Source: Bigelowiella natans CCMP2755
Taxonomy: Eukaryota; Protista; Cercozoa
Direction: 5' to 3'
Assembly (NCBI GenBank): GCA_000320545.1
Contig: ADNK01000260.1
Span: forward strand, 108,281 to 172,280
DNA length: 64,000 bases
A program made the translations under genes and the position numbers. Below, one piece after another: positions 25,783 through 37,265 of the stretch. Positions within the stretch are counted from its first letter, which is position 1; every line of letters begins with the position of its first letter. The notes below the pieces were generated by a model. That model did no database searches. It was not told the DNA's origin and saw only the letters and a list, made by a program, of their open reading frames with translations.

Positions 25783-28700
25783 CTAAGCGGACGTGGGGCC
25801 GACAAGGCGAGGGAGCTTGTAAGGTAGAGTCTTTGTAGTTATTTTTCTTTTTCTGGTGCCTTGTAGCATGATGGTTAGTTTTTCTCTGTATGATATAGGG
25901 AACAAGAAATCACAGTGTTTCTTGTTGCTAGGTCCTGGTAGAGCCTTAGTAAGTATATCAGCGGGATTGTCCTCCCCAGGTATTTTGTTTATGCAGATCT
26001 GCTTAGTTTGATAGTTATCACGAACATTGTGATATTCTATCCTTATGTTCTTGCCTTTTTGTGTGAATCCAGGCTTGGCTGCAATGGAGATAGCTGCTTG
26101 AGAGTCACAATACACAGGTACAGGTTTCGGTATCTTCATCTTTAACTCCTGTAGTAACTGAGTGACATACACTAACTCTCTGCATATATCTGATAGTGCT
26201 ATGTACTCAGCCTCGCCACTGGACATAGCAACGACCTTTTGCTTGTTGCTCTTCCAGACAACAGGTGCGTTGCTTAGCGATATGAAATATCCTGAGTATG
26301 ATTTACCCGTTTTCTTGCAGGTTTTCCAGGAGGCATCGACGTAAGCTTTAAGCTCAGGTTTGGACGCTGCTTTAAAGGTAATTCTTTTATCCTTTGTATT
26401 GACCAGATACTGCAGTAAGCGTACTGCAGCGATGTAGTGTATAGTTCTAGGATCTTGACTGTAGGAAGCTAGACGAGATAGAGTGTAGCATATGTCTGGT
26501 CTAGTAGCCACAGCTGCATACATTGCAGCTCCTATGATGGATCTGTATGCCTTTTGATCCACCTTATCATGCTCCTCGTATTCGTCTAACTTCGATCCTG
26601 TTATCATTGGTGTTTTTGCTCTTTTCGTAGGCGTGATATCATACTTCTGGGCGAGTCTGGTGAGGTAGTCTTCCTGCGATATCCAATAGTTTCCCTCATT
26701 GTCGCTACCAACTCTTATGCCCAGTGTTTTCTTTAGCTCGCCTTCATCGCGAAACTCAAACTTGTCGCCTATTCGCTTCATGACAAAGTCCAGGTCTCTC
26801 TTATCTTGATATGCTATGCATATGTCATCCACGAAACATGACAATATGATGATTCTTCCTTGTCTGTGCATTATCATTAGGCAAGGATCGGAATAAAGCT
26901 GGACGAAGCCAATGGCGTTGAGATGCTCGAGCAAGGTAAGGCTGAATATTGCACTTGCTTGTGTCAGCCCATAAATGCTTTTGTTTACCAGTAGGGCTAG
27001 TGGAAGGCCACTGTTGTATAGCCGGATTTCCTCAGGTGTCTTCGGCTTCCACCCTTTAGGTATTTCCATGTGTACTTTACAGTCCATCTTTCCAGTTAGG
27101 AAAGCTGTAAGTATATCTATCCCGTGTAGTTTTAGCTTGAGGATAGATGCTATGGCTAACATTATCCGAAAACTATTTAGGGACAACGTCGGGGAATAAG
27201 AGAAGAAGAAGTCTTCTCCCGGGATCTGCGTGAACCCTCGCGCGACCAGCCTTGACTTATACCGAATGGTATAGTCTACATTTATTTTCTTCTTGAATAC
27301 CCATTTAGATGTAACTAAATTTGTATCCTTAGGTCGCACTACCAGCGTAAACGTTCCAAGTTTTCGAAGCTGGTGCAGTTCCTCTTCCGTAGAAGGTATC
27401 CAATGCTTCTTATCATCTCCTGTGATTGCATCGTCATACGTCTTAGGAAGGTCCTCGATCTCTTGTACTGATGGAGCTTTTATGTTCATCAGGCGGTCGT
27501 AATAGCTACCAAGTATTCCGTAACGAATACCAGGTACTCCCCTATTTTCTCTATTCGACCTTCGAGGTTTACTTTTTGCTTTTGTTTCAGGCCCACCATC
27601 CTCTGGCAACTCGTCAGTTGCACTGGATGGTTCGGGGGCGTCCGCGTCGGCAGGACCTTCTGGATAAAGGTACGCCAAAGCCGAATCACTAACTTTGTTT
27701 CTCTTCAGCGAAGGAAACTTAAACACTGTGTGGTACCATTTAGTTACACGGACTCTTCTAATTTTCAGCGTCTTCGTGGCGACGAGAAAAGTACCAAATC
27801 TATCGTCATATCCCAACATACGTACGTATTCACCTCTAGCACCCATACCACCTGCAGGTCGGAGTTCCTTGTCGATGTGGTTTACTCCGATGCATCCCCA
27901 GGTAGTTAGATTCTTTAGATTTGGTTGCTCATGGTGCAGTAGTTCTTTAGGCGTTTTTCTACCAGGTGTGCTGCGATGTGAGGTGACGTTGTGGAGATAT
28001 GCTGCAGTCTGAGCTGCGTAGGACCAGTATCCGACCGGTAAGCGTGCATGTTCTAACATAGCTCTTGTTTTCGCCATGATAGTCTGTATGTGACGCTCGG
28101 ACATTCCATTTTGCTCAGGTGTTCGGGCGGTGCTAGGAACCCATTTTATTCCTTCGGAGGTGAGCCAGCTATGTAGCTTTGCGCTCATATATTCACCTCC
28201 ACCATCCGATCTGAATTCGTCTATGCTTCCACAACCTGGAAGCTTTCTGATGTGCTTTAGGAACTGTATGGTTTTCTGCGTAACTTCGCTTTTCTTTCTC
28301 ATGAGCTCCAAGGTAACCCACCTTGTTCCTTCATGTACGAATATTACGAAATACTTGTAACCATCCATGCTGTTAGGCATGGTCTTTACATCAGAGTGAA
28401 TTCTATTCCACATCCGGTTTTTCTTGTGGATAACAGGTACACATTTTTGCTTCTTTTTGACAGCATCGTCCTCAATCTTTGCTTTATTCCGATGCTGTTT
28501 CATCCTTTCTTGGGCGCTTGGATCAAAGATCGGAGATCTTTTTGTTTTGGCTACATCACAGGCCTTGCAAAAGATCTTCTTTGGTATTTTTATCGTCTTG
28601 GAATAAGGTAAACCTTCTGTAACTGCATAGGTGTCTCTTATCTTATCCGCTGCGATGTGCCCTAGGATGTTATGTGCGTGCTTGATTGAAGATGGCTGTT

Positions 28701-30225
28701 TCATTGGGTAGGATTTAAATCTTTGTGTTTTTGTACTTTTGTTTATTTGTTTATATCTCAAATAAAATAGGCCGTCGTCTTGAAAGTCCCCGAACGCGTA
28801 TTCCTCTCCGTTGGCGGTAATGCTTATTCCTTGTTTTGTTCCTTTGTACTCGCTGCCACTCTTAACTAGTCTGTTTAGAGAAATCACATTGCCTGCAGCT
28901 TCTTCAGAGTACAAAGCTCCTTGTAGAACAATTTTATGCATCTTTCCTTGCTTGTTTTTCGTAGTTAGTTCGACGTCGCCTGCATAATCCACAAAGAATC
29001 CTGTCCCATCTTTGCCAACTTCTATGTATCGTGGTTGAATAGGTTTCAACTCGTTGAAGAAGTCGCGGTCGCAGAAGAAGTGGTTGTTGGCTCCGCTGTC
29101 GAGAAGGATCAAAGGCTTATGGTTGTACTTCAGCGTGTGCAGGTAAGAATTGTCGCGTGCCATCTTATTAATGTAAGAGGGTCTTTGGGAAGGGGAGCCA
29201 TGATCTATAAAAGAATAGTGTTTTCCTTTGTTCTGCTTGCCTTCGTCTCTCATCTTGTTTCTGCATTCCTTTTCCCAATGTCCTTTCTTGCCACAGTAAT
29301 GGCATTTTGTTCTTTTCTTTAAGTTCAAGAAATAGTCTTCTCTCTTTTGCTTCTTGGAATTGTCTTGATATGCTTCGCTGTTGTATCTGTTCTTTCCTTT
29401 GTTGAATTTCCTCTTGTAGGTCTTCAGCTGACCCGTAAGTTCATTTAGCCTTTTCTCCAAGCCATCGTACATCTTCACGTATTTGTGTTCTGCACTGGTG
29501 TGTCCTGCATGTTTCTTTGAAGGTTTCTGCCCGTCATCTAACGATCGGGAGTTCATGTGGGAGCGGATCATGTCCACTGCAGAGTCGAAGGTAACATCTT
29601 TCTTGTTGTTAATGACTGTTACTATAGTCTCGTATTTTTCTCTAGGTACAAGTCCTCGAAGTAGAGTGGTAAGAGCTTGATTGTCGGAGTATCCTTCGTG
29701 CTGTGCTCGAAGTCTTCTGATCGTCGAGTCAAGGTCAGAATGATACTTCGTGAAGTCTCCATTGTACTGACCCATGTTTATATCACTTAGCTTCGAATAA
29801 AGTTTCCTGACGGCTACAGGATTGGTAGGCTCGTACTTCTCCAGCAAGGCTGCTAAGGTAACTGCTACGTCTTTGGGTTTTCCTTCGAGTAGATCGAAGA
29901 ATTTATCAGGAAGGGTAGCAGTGAGGAAGAATCTTCCTCTCTTTCTTTTGTTTATCTTTTCTTGTGATCCTCTTCCTTCGGGTTTAGGGTTGAGGATGTC
30001 GAATTGCTCCTGAGAGAGCTTGAGTACTTCTCGTCGGTGAGCGGGGTCGGTGCGTACATTGACTTCTGTCACCTTTCCTTCTGTTTCTATGTTGACATTG
30101 AAGCATGATTCCAAATCCGCTGCTTCAAAGGCGGACATTAGCTTGTACATGTAGGGCTTGTAGTTGCTACCATCGTACTTGAGGGTGAAGTTTTTCAGCA
30201 GGGAGTCTATCTGCTTTTCTGACAT
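25783..30225 (-). CDS. Copia Gag-Pol polyprotein (1480 aa, uninterrupted)
   Basis: Zinc knuckle CHYCGKKGHWEKEC; protease LLDSGA; integrase HNILGH..CKAC, IHSD, RSDGGGEY, PEQNGMSER; RT YKSRLVARGF, IYGLTQA, CFVDDI; RNase H YVDASW, AEYIA, CDSQAA, ADILTKAL. Confidence 0.98.
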   Translation of the reverse strand: MSEKQIDSLLKNFTLKYDGSNYKPYMYKLMSAFEAADLESCFNVNIETEGKVTEVNVRTDPAHRREVLKLSQEQFDILNPKPEGRGSQEKINKRKRGRFFLTATLPDKFFDLLEGKPKDVAVTLAALLEKYEPTNPVAVRKLYSKLSDINMGQYNGDFTKYHSDLDSTIRRLRAQHEGYSDNQALTTLLRGLVPREKYETIVTVINNKKDVTFDSAVDMIRSHMNSRSLDDGQKPSKKHAGHTSAEHKYVKMYDGLEKRLNELTGQLKTYKRKFNKGKNRYNSEAYQDNSKKQKREDYFLNLKKRTKCHYCGKKGHWEKECRNKMRDEGKQNKGKHYSFIDHGSPSQRPSYINKMARDNSYLHTLKYNHKPLILLDSGANNHFFCDRDFFNELKPIQPRYIEVGKDGTGFFVDYAGDVELTTKNKQGKMHKIVLQGALYSEEAAGNVISLNRLVKSGSEYKGTKQGISITANGEEYAFGDFQDDGLFYLRYKQINKSTKTQRFKSYPMKQPSSIKHAHNILGHIAADKIRDTYAVTEGLPYSKTIKIPKKIFCKACDVAKTKRSPIFDPSAQERMKQHRNKAKIEDDAVKKKQKCVPVIHKKNRMWNRIHSDVKTMPNSMDGYKYFVIFVHEGTRWVTLELMRKKSEVTQKTIQFLKHIRKLPGCGSIDEFRSDGGGEYMSAKLHSWLTSEGIKWVPSTARTPEQNGMSERHIQTIMAKTRAMLEHARLPVGYWSYAAQTAAYLHNVTSHRSTPGRKTPKELLHHEQPNLKNLTTWGCIGVNHIDKELRPAGGMGARGEYVRMLGYDDRFGTFLVATKTLKIRRVRVTKWYHTVFKFPSLKRNKVSDSALAYLYPEGPADADAPEPSSATDELPEDGGPETKAKSKPRRSNRENRGVPGIRYGILGSYYDRLMNIKAPSVQEIEDLPKTYDDAITGDDKKHWIPSTEEELHQLRKLGTFTLVVRPKDTNLVTSKWVFKKKINVDYTIRYKSRLVARGFTQIPGEDFFFSYSPTLSLNSFRIMLAIASILKLKLHGIDILTAFLTGKMDCKVHMEIPKGWKPKTPEEIRLYNSGLPLALLVNKSIYGLTQASAIFSLTLLEHLNAIGFVQLYSDPCLMIMHRQGRIIILSCFVDDICIAYQDKRDLDFVMKRIGDKFEFRDEGELKKTLGIRVGSDNEGNYWISQEDYLTRLAQKYDITPTKRAKTPMITGSKLDEYEEHDKVDQKAYRSIIGAAMYAAVATRPDICYTLSRLASYSQDPRTIHYIAAVRLLQYLVNTKDKRITFKAASKPELKAYVDASWKTCKKTGKSYSGYFISLSNAPVVWKSNKQKVVAMSSGEAEYIALSDICRELVYVTQLLQELKMKIPKPVPVYCDSQAAISIAAKPGFTQKGKNIRIEYHNVRDNYQTKQICINKIPGEDNPADILTKALPGPSNKKHCDFLFPISYREKLTIMLQGTRKRKITTKTLPYKLPRLVGPTSA

Positions 30226-30400
30226 GTTGTTTCGTTCCTGTTTTCTTTGTTTTCAGTGCTTTGGAGGCTTGACCGAAGATTGGCTGAGGGAATGCTGTTG
30301 TCGCTTTCAGTTCCTTCTTCTGGAAGGATGTAGCTGAAGGGGGGGGGTGGGGGGTTTGCTTGGTTCTTTTCTTTGTTGGTTCTCTAGCAAGTCCTCTTGA

Positions 30401-30411
30401 GGCTCATAACC
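30401..30411 (-). promoter_or_regulatory. Primer binding site (copia-type GGTTATGAGCC, half-tRNA-iMet class)
   Basis: The minus strand reads GGTTATGAGCC directly after the 5' LTR, matching the GGTTATG(G/A)GCC PBS class of copia elements. Confidence 0.8.
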
Positions 30412-30769
30412 TTTTAGCGGACTAGCGGTAGCTGTTTGGCTTTTGTGCGCGGGACTGTGCTGTTGATGTTGGAAAGTCAACACGCGGTCTCGTGTGCTTT
30501 TGGATTCTGATGATGACTTGTGACTTGCGCTGCACGCATGTGCGCATTGGGTTCCGGCGCATTCGCGAAGATTCTCGAATCTTCCAGAATTCTCTCGAAT
30601 TCTCTCGAGTGTTTCTGGAAGGTTCTCGAAGCTTCCGGAATGTTCTCGAAGATTCTGGAAGTTCTGAGAACTTCCATGCGCATGTGCGCAGCGCAGCGTG
30701 CAGCACGAGTGGACGTGCGCATGCTGCGACAGCTCCTTGATCGTGGGTGGCGCGGCCAGACCGCTGACA
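30412..30769 (-). repeat. 5' LTR (358 bp)
   Basis: Identical by eye to 23669-24026. Begins TGTCAGCGG and ends CCGCTAAAA on the minus strand. Immediately followed by the PBS. Confidence 0.95.
30562..30660. promoter_or_regulatory. Heat-shock element array in the U3 region of the 5' LTR (duplicated at 23819-23917)
   Basis: TTCgcGAAgaTTCtcGAAtcTTCcaGAA (6 pentamers), then TTCtgGAAggTTCtcGAAgcTTCcgGAAtgTTCtcGAAgaTTCtgGAA (10 pentamers), matching the inverted nGAAn repeats bound by HSF. Confidence 0.85.
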
Positions 30770-31740
30770 GATACTGATATGCAAGATGTCGTGCGATGCG
30801 TGCCATACGCATGCTAGCATTATGTAAAGTGCAAACGTAGCCGTCCCTGTGCGCTCGATCGATCGTGAATAATTCTAGAATTGTTGAGCCAGCTAGAAAA
30901 CTAGAACAGAACAGCCATGCATGCTAGCATGTGATCGATGCCGCTCTCATTGTTGTGTACACTACTAGTGATAGTAGATACACGCACACCCGTCTAGCCG
31001 TGGGTGCGGTGTTTGGGCATGCTCCGCAATAATATATTAATCGCTTTTCCTTCAGCTCATAATAATAATGTGCTCGTGCCTGCTAGCCTGCCACATGATA
31101 CATGCAGCATTTGCAGCACGATGTGGGAATAGGACTCGATTCATCTCCAACGTGCACGCTCTATATCGCTGCGTTGAACGTATGTTATCTTACGCTCTTC
31201 CCGTAAATAAATAATAAAATAACAACAAGCATCGGTAGAAAAATTCATAATCGGATATATTGTCATTGATGATTCATATTAAATTTCATGCCATTAGCAC
31301 TCTCCGGAAGCATTCGGAATGTCCAAGGGCTAGTTGGCAATTCAATAAATGTACCAAAAAAGGAGAAAAATCTGTATGCTTTAGTTTATGACTCCCTCAA
31401 AATTCTCTAGAATATTACAGAATCGACGAATCGATAACTCGTAGCCCATAAATTCAGATTGGAAAAGGTGATATACTACTCTCCAATTTATCATCTAGAA
31501 CTTGGGACGTGGAGATTTGATATGAAATTAAAGGGCTACTTATACAAGGAGCTAATAGTGTTACTCTATAAGTCGCGGAAATTTCACTCGGAAGCATCTA
31601 TCTACTAATACTCTACAAAAGTAATGTTGCATCACGCGTAAATATCTATATATTATTTTCTATTCATTGTGGTTCGGCCAATTCACTCTTTAGGCGTCGT
31701 CGTCATGGATGCGTTCTTTTTTGAGATGTGTACAATCTTC

Positions 31741-33552
31741 TCACAGGGCTGGGTTCCATGAAAATCGCCCAGGCAGGTCATGAAATCGCGCAGGTGCCAC
31801 GTCTGCAGGTAGTGCAGCTCTGCAAAAAAAAAAAAAAACCCAAATGAGCGCTACTTGGGTCGTCTACGTGCATCCGTAATTTTCGTGAGTATTACCGTAG
31901 GTTTTGGTCGGAAGAATTTCATGCTGAACGGGACGATTGTGCTCTTGTAAATTAACGGGAAACTATCCACCGACACAGACTTCCCGTCGATCTCTGATTG
32001 AACAATCAATTTCATCTCAATATTCTCGGAATTCCGTAGCAGAAGTCGTGCATGATAGAATTTACCTAGAAGTATGTCTCCCTGTTTGATGCCTGCAGCC
32101 GTGGCATCCATTCGCGTCTCTGATATTTTCAGTGTTTGACTGAAAAAGACTAGGCCGACCGGTTTCTGGTGGTGGGGCCAGAACAAGCATCTCTCAGCAC
32201 TCTACATCGCAACAGAGAGAATAATCCAATCACTCACCCTGGTGAAGACATACATAAGATGCTGCTCGCCGTCCATTGAGCAGCTCCTGTCGATCAAGGC
32301 AACGGTCCAGTTGGGCTGCTTCGATTCACCAGCTTGCATGTCAGGGTCACTCATGGCTCGTGCCTGCGTAAATACGGTCGTCGTGTTTATTCAGGGACTT
32401 ATCTTTTAAGTGCAGAAATCAAAATGATACTCACCCTCGGGGGGAGAGCTAGCTTAGATTGGTGAATATAAGCTACGCCGAATTTCAACTGAATTTTCAT
32501 TATTCCGTCGCGCTCGAATGAGACCAGCCTTCCGTGTCCGAAAGGAGTGATCACGAGCTGAAGAAGAATAAACCAACTCAACCTTTGAATAACGTACTTT
32601 ATAATTATGCATTCTTACGTCGTCATCGTCATCAGGAGTGTCTACTCCCTTATCGATTGGGACACACGCATTCCTTTTGTTCTTCTTTCTACTTCGGCTT
32701 CCTCGTGATCGTTTAGGCCTCAATCGTAGCGTCGGGGGAGATCGATTCATGCCCATATTTTTGTTGCATGGGGACCGAACCACCTAGTGTATCGAATGTA
32801 AAGATACACCTGTGTAAAATTTTCGAAAAAGCTCAAAACTAAAGACCTATTTATACCTTCCAATGTCCGCCGTGGGAGAGGAGCATGCCTCCCCATTTAT
32901 GCCAGACTCGTTTTTTTGGCCATTCCTGAATTTTAAGTTCATAAGTTCGGTCGAATTAATGCAAGAAGCAGTCGCACCTCCTGCTTAATTTCAACGCAAC
33001 AGTGCCGCCAGTCTCCGTTGATGGTATCCAGGAGACCCTAAACATCCCAAGAACACGGTGAGCTAGGCACTGGGCAACAAAGTACAACTCCTCACCTTAA
33101 CAGTTCCCTCTTCTCCTTCTAATATTTGTGTGATTTCGCCTGTAGACTGATTGTACTGGAGAACGCCTCCGATTCCTAGTCTTGTATTGTTTTCCTTCGA
33201 TTGCCTTTAAAATTATGGCAATTTAGCGTCGGTTAAAGATGCCTCTTCAGCGCATATCGCACCTTACGATGTCCATGACGCTGAATGTTGAGTCACGGAT
33301 ACGAGATGTATACGTAACACGGTAAAGATTCTCCTGCTCTTTTGTAACTGGCCATGTCTGGTGTAGAAAATGACAATTAGATTTCAAATATTTACGGGCA
33401 ACGTCTTCGACGATTCATACCGCTGCCTTCCCCACACTAGCCCCGTTTTGGTCCTCGAACATGTTGGACTTGTTCCAACGAATAGGGGTTTCCACAGAAC
33501 TACTTCTATTCTCCTTTGACACGTATTGTAATGATTGTCGGGGGAGGGCCAT
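31741..33552 (-). CDS. Multi-exon hypothetical protein; weak VWA-like DxSxS motif
   Basis: Short GT-AG introns separate open exons: MALPRQSLQ..., VITPFGHGRLVSFERDG, WTVALIDRSCSMDG and the 31851-32186 ORF. Ends are inferred. Confidence 0.5.
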
Positions 33553-34076
33553 CCAGCACTTTTTCTCAGGGGTGGAGGCCCACTATCCAGGGCTGTAATT
33601 CAGCACTGCTTATGAAAGAGGTGTAGCTCGACTTTGTCAGCTTCTTATATAGCCAAATCCTTTTGTCTTTGTTCACAAAAGTGGGGTATTTGATACGAAT
33701 TGTATCTAAATTTCAAGCGTATCGTATTTTTATAAGGCTCTATATTCTCAAAAAAAAATCGAAAAGGGCTTACAGCAGGAACCTTCAATAAGAGATGCAT
33801 ATTCAAAACTTTATAATCGAGAACCTATTTTCTCATTTTGGTGAATGCAATGCAATTTATCTTCTTTATTTTTGTTCTTTCCAAAATTCTCTTATTTTGT
33901 AAAAATAATATTTGTAGATTTAAGTATAGTGTCTGAAAATGAAACATATTGGGACAAGACTGAAACAAGCAGGGGAAATGCAGAAAGGAAAGGCTAACAC
34001 AAGAAATATTGAAGTAAGATGTGATTATTCGATAGAATTACAGACTATTTCAGCCAATTATCCCACTTAAAACGTC

Positions 34077-35968
34077 ATGGCATGCACTAATCTCACGCTC
34101 CACCAAAGTAAACTATATTTCACAGATGAAGAAGGACGTACATTTTTGAATGATGCAACAGTGTTCAAGGTAATTTTTATTCAGTTTGAATTGTTTTTCA
34201 GCAATCAAACCTATGCTTGCTCCTCGTACTGTCTTATAGTAGATGTTGGCGGAGGCTCTCATTCCTAAAATCTTACAAATTTCTGCTGTCATCCCTCAAT
34301 ATGCTATTTGCTCATATTTCTCGGGTTTTTACTAAAAATAATACCAGAATGTATTATAAAAGGAATATATTTGATGTCGAGATTCCCACGATGTGCTGAA
34401 AGTATCACAAAATCTCTCATTCTCGTTTTTGGGTCTACGCCGGAACTGCGTAGCCGACCCAGCAATGAGGGTATCTCTTTCTAAAGTCAGGCACAGCACA
34501 ATGGCATGTTTTAGGGGAGAATACAGTACGTTTTCTTGTATTTCTTTTGCAAAAATTATACGGGTGGTTGCAAATGACAGTAAATTCTTCTTCAAAATAG
34601 AATTATTATGCGGTAAAAATATTAAAAGCTACATAAGGAAGTGCTAGAGGTGACAACTCTCCCACTCACACAAGCAGCCAAAAACATATACCCTTTCTTT
34701 TGAGACCCCACAAACATGCGTCTGATTCTCTTACAAAAAAGGAGATCAGTAGTGCACGAGATAATATTGAAGTGGGCTATTTGTTCTGAAGAAGTCGATG
34801 GAAGTCGTAGACTTCGTTGTTCATTTCAGATCTTTTCCGCACTCGTATTTTATCCTGAGACAATAAATATTTCGTGTCTCAGGAAAAGATTTGATGGTTT
34901 TTTTTCCTCTGAGGATGGACACGTAGCGTACATAATGGCAGCGCTGCAGCGAGCATGCTGGACGTATAGCTGCGTCACTAAGAGGGTTGGAAGGGGACAA
35001 CCTGGCCCAATTTTAAGGACCATATCTTCGAGACAGGCATCTGTGCCAGACATATCAGCGGTGTGAAGAAAATACATTTGCTTCCATTGTTATTCATTCG
35101 ACTACCGTAGAGTTTAACTTGGTCATGTTTACAGGGGGCAATACAGGAGGCCGGTTCCAATTCTTTAGCTACCTATCTGCTCAAACCTTGGAGGCCTGGT
35201 TAAAAAGAATAAAATCACAAATGTACGGTGGTAATTATTTTTTGGCAGGTGCAAGAGGCAACATTTTTCTAAACCAGGACCGGGAGTCCAAATTCAAGTA
35301 CTTGCCACAACACCTCTCCTATTCACGCCCCTTACATTTCACATTGCAGAAATCAAAAATATTTCAACCACATGTAGAAGCGCCTTTTTGTGCAATTGAG
35401 TTTTCCGATATCTCAATTTGAAGGGATAATTCCATTTAAATACGCACAATGCTCATTTCTTTTACAGGTACATAGAAGTTAATAAGAGTGAGATTAGACT
35501 TGAATTCCAAGATACAGATTCTTCTATATACCAGGTTAGTGTTAAAATGAGTACTGTTAAATTGAAGAATAAAAACTTACAACCTTTATATCAGTATTAT
35601 ATAGAGAGATGGACAGAACGATCGGAGTATGGGACAGTCAAGCCTAGCATGGTATAGAGATACCACTGCTCTCTTTCTGTTTTGTGTTTTGAGTTGATGT
35701 TCACTACAGGACAGTATTTCGGAAAGCAGTGATATCCGAGATCTGGTCATAGATGTGAGGAATAACACGTTCTGTGGTGCTGGTGCTACTGTACTACTTT
35801 GCAAACAGGTGGAAAGTGCATAAATACTATTCACACGGATGCGGTTCTTCTCTAACAACCTACTCATTAAATTTATCCTGGTGACTGTGAACTACTTAGG
35901 GCTTCATTTCATTTTTGAAGAGAAACTTAAACATGCCACATTTGGAAGAAGTTTCCCAGCTATCATAA
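34077..35968 (+). CDS. Multi-exon hypothetical protein
   Basis: A series of short open exons with GT/AG boundaries (MACTNLTL...TVFK|MLAEALIPK...; ...GFISFLKRNLNMPHLEEVSQLS*). No recognised domain. Confidence 0.4.
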
Positions 35969-36389
35969 GTTTGACTGTAAAGTTTTGCCGGATGTAGAGT
36001 ACATAGGAGTTTGTAAAGTGAACGAAGATAACCACAAAATAAGTTCGACGTATACTGTTGTGCTTCAAGTATTCGCTAGAGTGTGTCTATGTTCTGGTTT
36101 GCACAGCATGAACACCAGCGATGTAGTTGTAAAGTGATTAGAGACGGCTTTGATAGAAGTGCTACTTAGCGTTAGGCCATCGCATGAGGCACTCTAGCCA
36201 GGGATAAAATTATGATGCCCCACATTCATCGTGAACTGGTGAATAAAATTTCATCATGGCACCGCACCGCATGCCCATCGAATGTCAACATTCTTTTAGC
36301 AAGCAACCTCTAGACCTGCTGCCCTTCAATCCCGCAGAATTCGCACTGTCCTCGTTCTTCAAATGGATGTCAAATGTTCAATTCATTAG

Positions 36390-37167
36390 TTGTTGCTGAG
36401 CGACGCTTGTCATGTTTGCAAAGTTGCAAAAATCAGTGCATCATGCTAGCATGTCTAGCGTCACCACCATTGCATTGAACATCATTGAATGTTGAACTTT
36501 GAATTGGAGTGGTCATTGCATCATCTAGTCATTGCGTCATTGCGCGCACGTGCAGAAACACCTCTGGACCTCCGGAAACGAGGCTTTTCGATTTGCGTGT
36601 GCAGTCGGACAATTGCGCACCTCTAGACCTGTTGTGCAAAGGGCATGATGAGTTTTTTTGTTGAGTCGCTTTGTGACCCTGCACACTGCTAGACTGTCTG
36701 CTTGTGATTGCTCGAACCACGGAGCGTTCTTCATTGTGAGCACTCCGTCAAGGTGCAAACTTGTGCTGCGTTGACAAGCTGAATGCCAGTGCACCTGCGC
36801 ACGCAACATGGACAAGTGGACAGATCGATGCGATTGTCATTGCGATTCGTCCATCTCAGTGTTTCACGAAGCTGGGTGTGGTGCACTGATGCAATTGCTT
36901 GAATTGCGTTGCACACATTGCGTTCACTCGCGTTGACATCCTTCGACATTCCAACAAAACTCAAACAAGATTCCACAATTCACACTTGGTGCTGCAACAA
37001 GCTGGACGCACCTGCTCAAGCAAATCACTTGTGGATCATGCACACAAACATGCATTGTTCCTTTCCAATGATTGATTGATGAATGGATGAATGATGAATG
37101 ATGCAACTGAAAGGATCATTGGACAAACAAATTGACTGACGCAATGAACAATTCGCACCCCACCGCC
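36390..37167. other. TpA-free non-coding tract (only CTAG retained)
   Basis: Manual count: 5 TA, all in CTAG. No TA at all from about 36692 to 37167 despite moderately AT-rich composition. Confidence 0.9.
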
Positions 37168-37265
37168 TATTCATCTCCAAATGCATGTCATTTCTTACCC
37201 GCGACATTGATAAACATCATGAACATCACCAAAAATCAACCCAACTTCTGATTAAACTCAAAGCG

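Larger units (their letters stand above)
23669..30769 (-). mobile_element. Full-length Ty1/copia LTR retrotransposon
   Basis: Two 358-bp direct repeats, a PBS, a PPT, and a single 1480-aa gag-pol with copia domain order (PR-IN-RT-RH). Confidence 0.97.

Noticed and set aside
36529-37207. Short ORFs in the TA-free tract, including an ankyrin-like phrase (NEAFRFACAVGQL)
   Set aside because: Too short, interrupted by stops, and expected by chance when TA stops are missing. Ancestral coding origin is not demonstrable.
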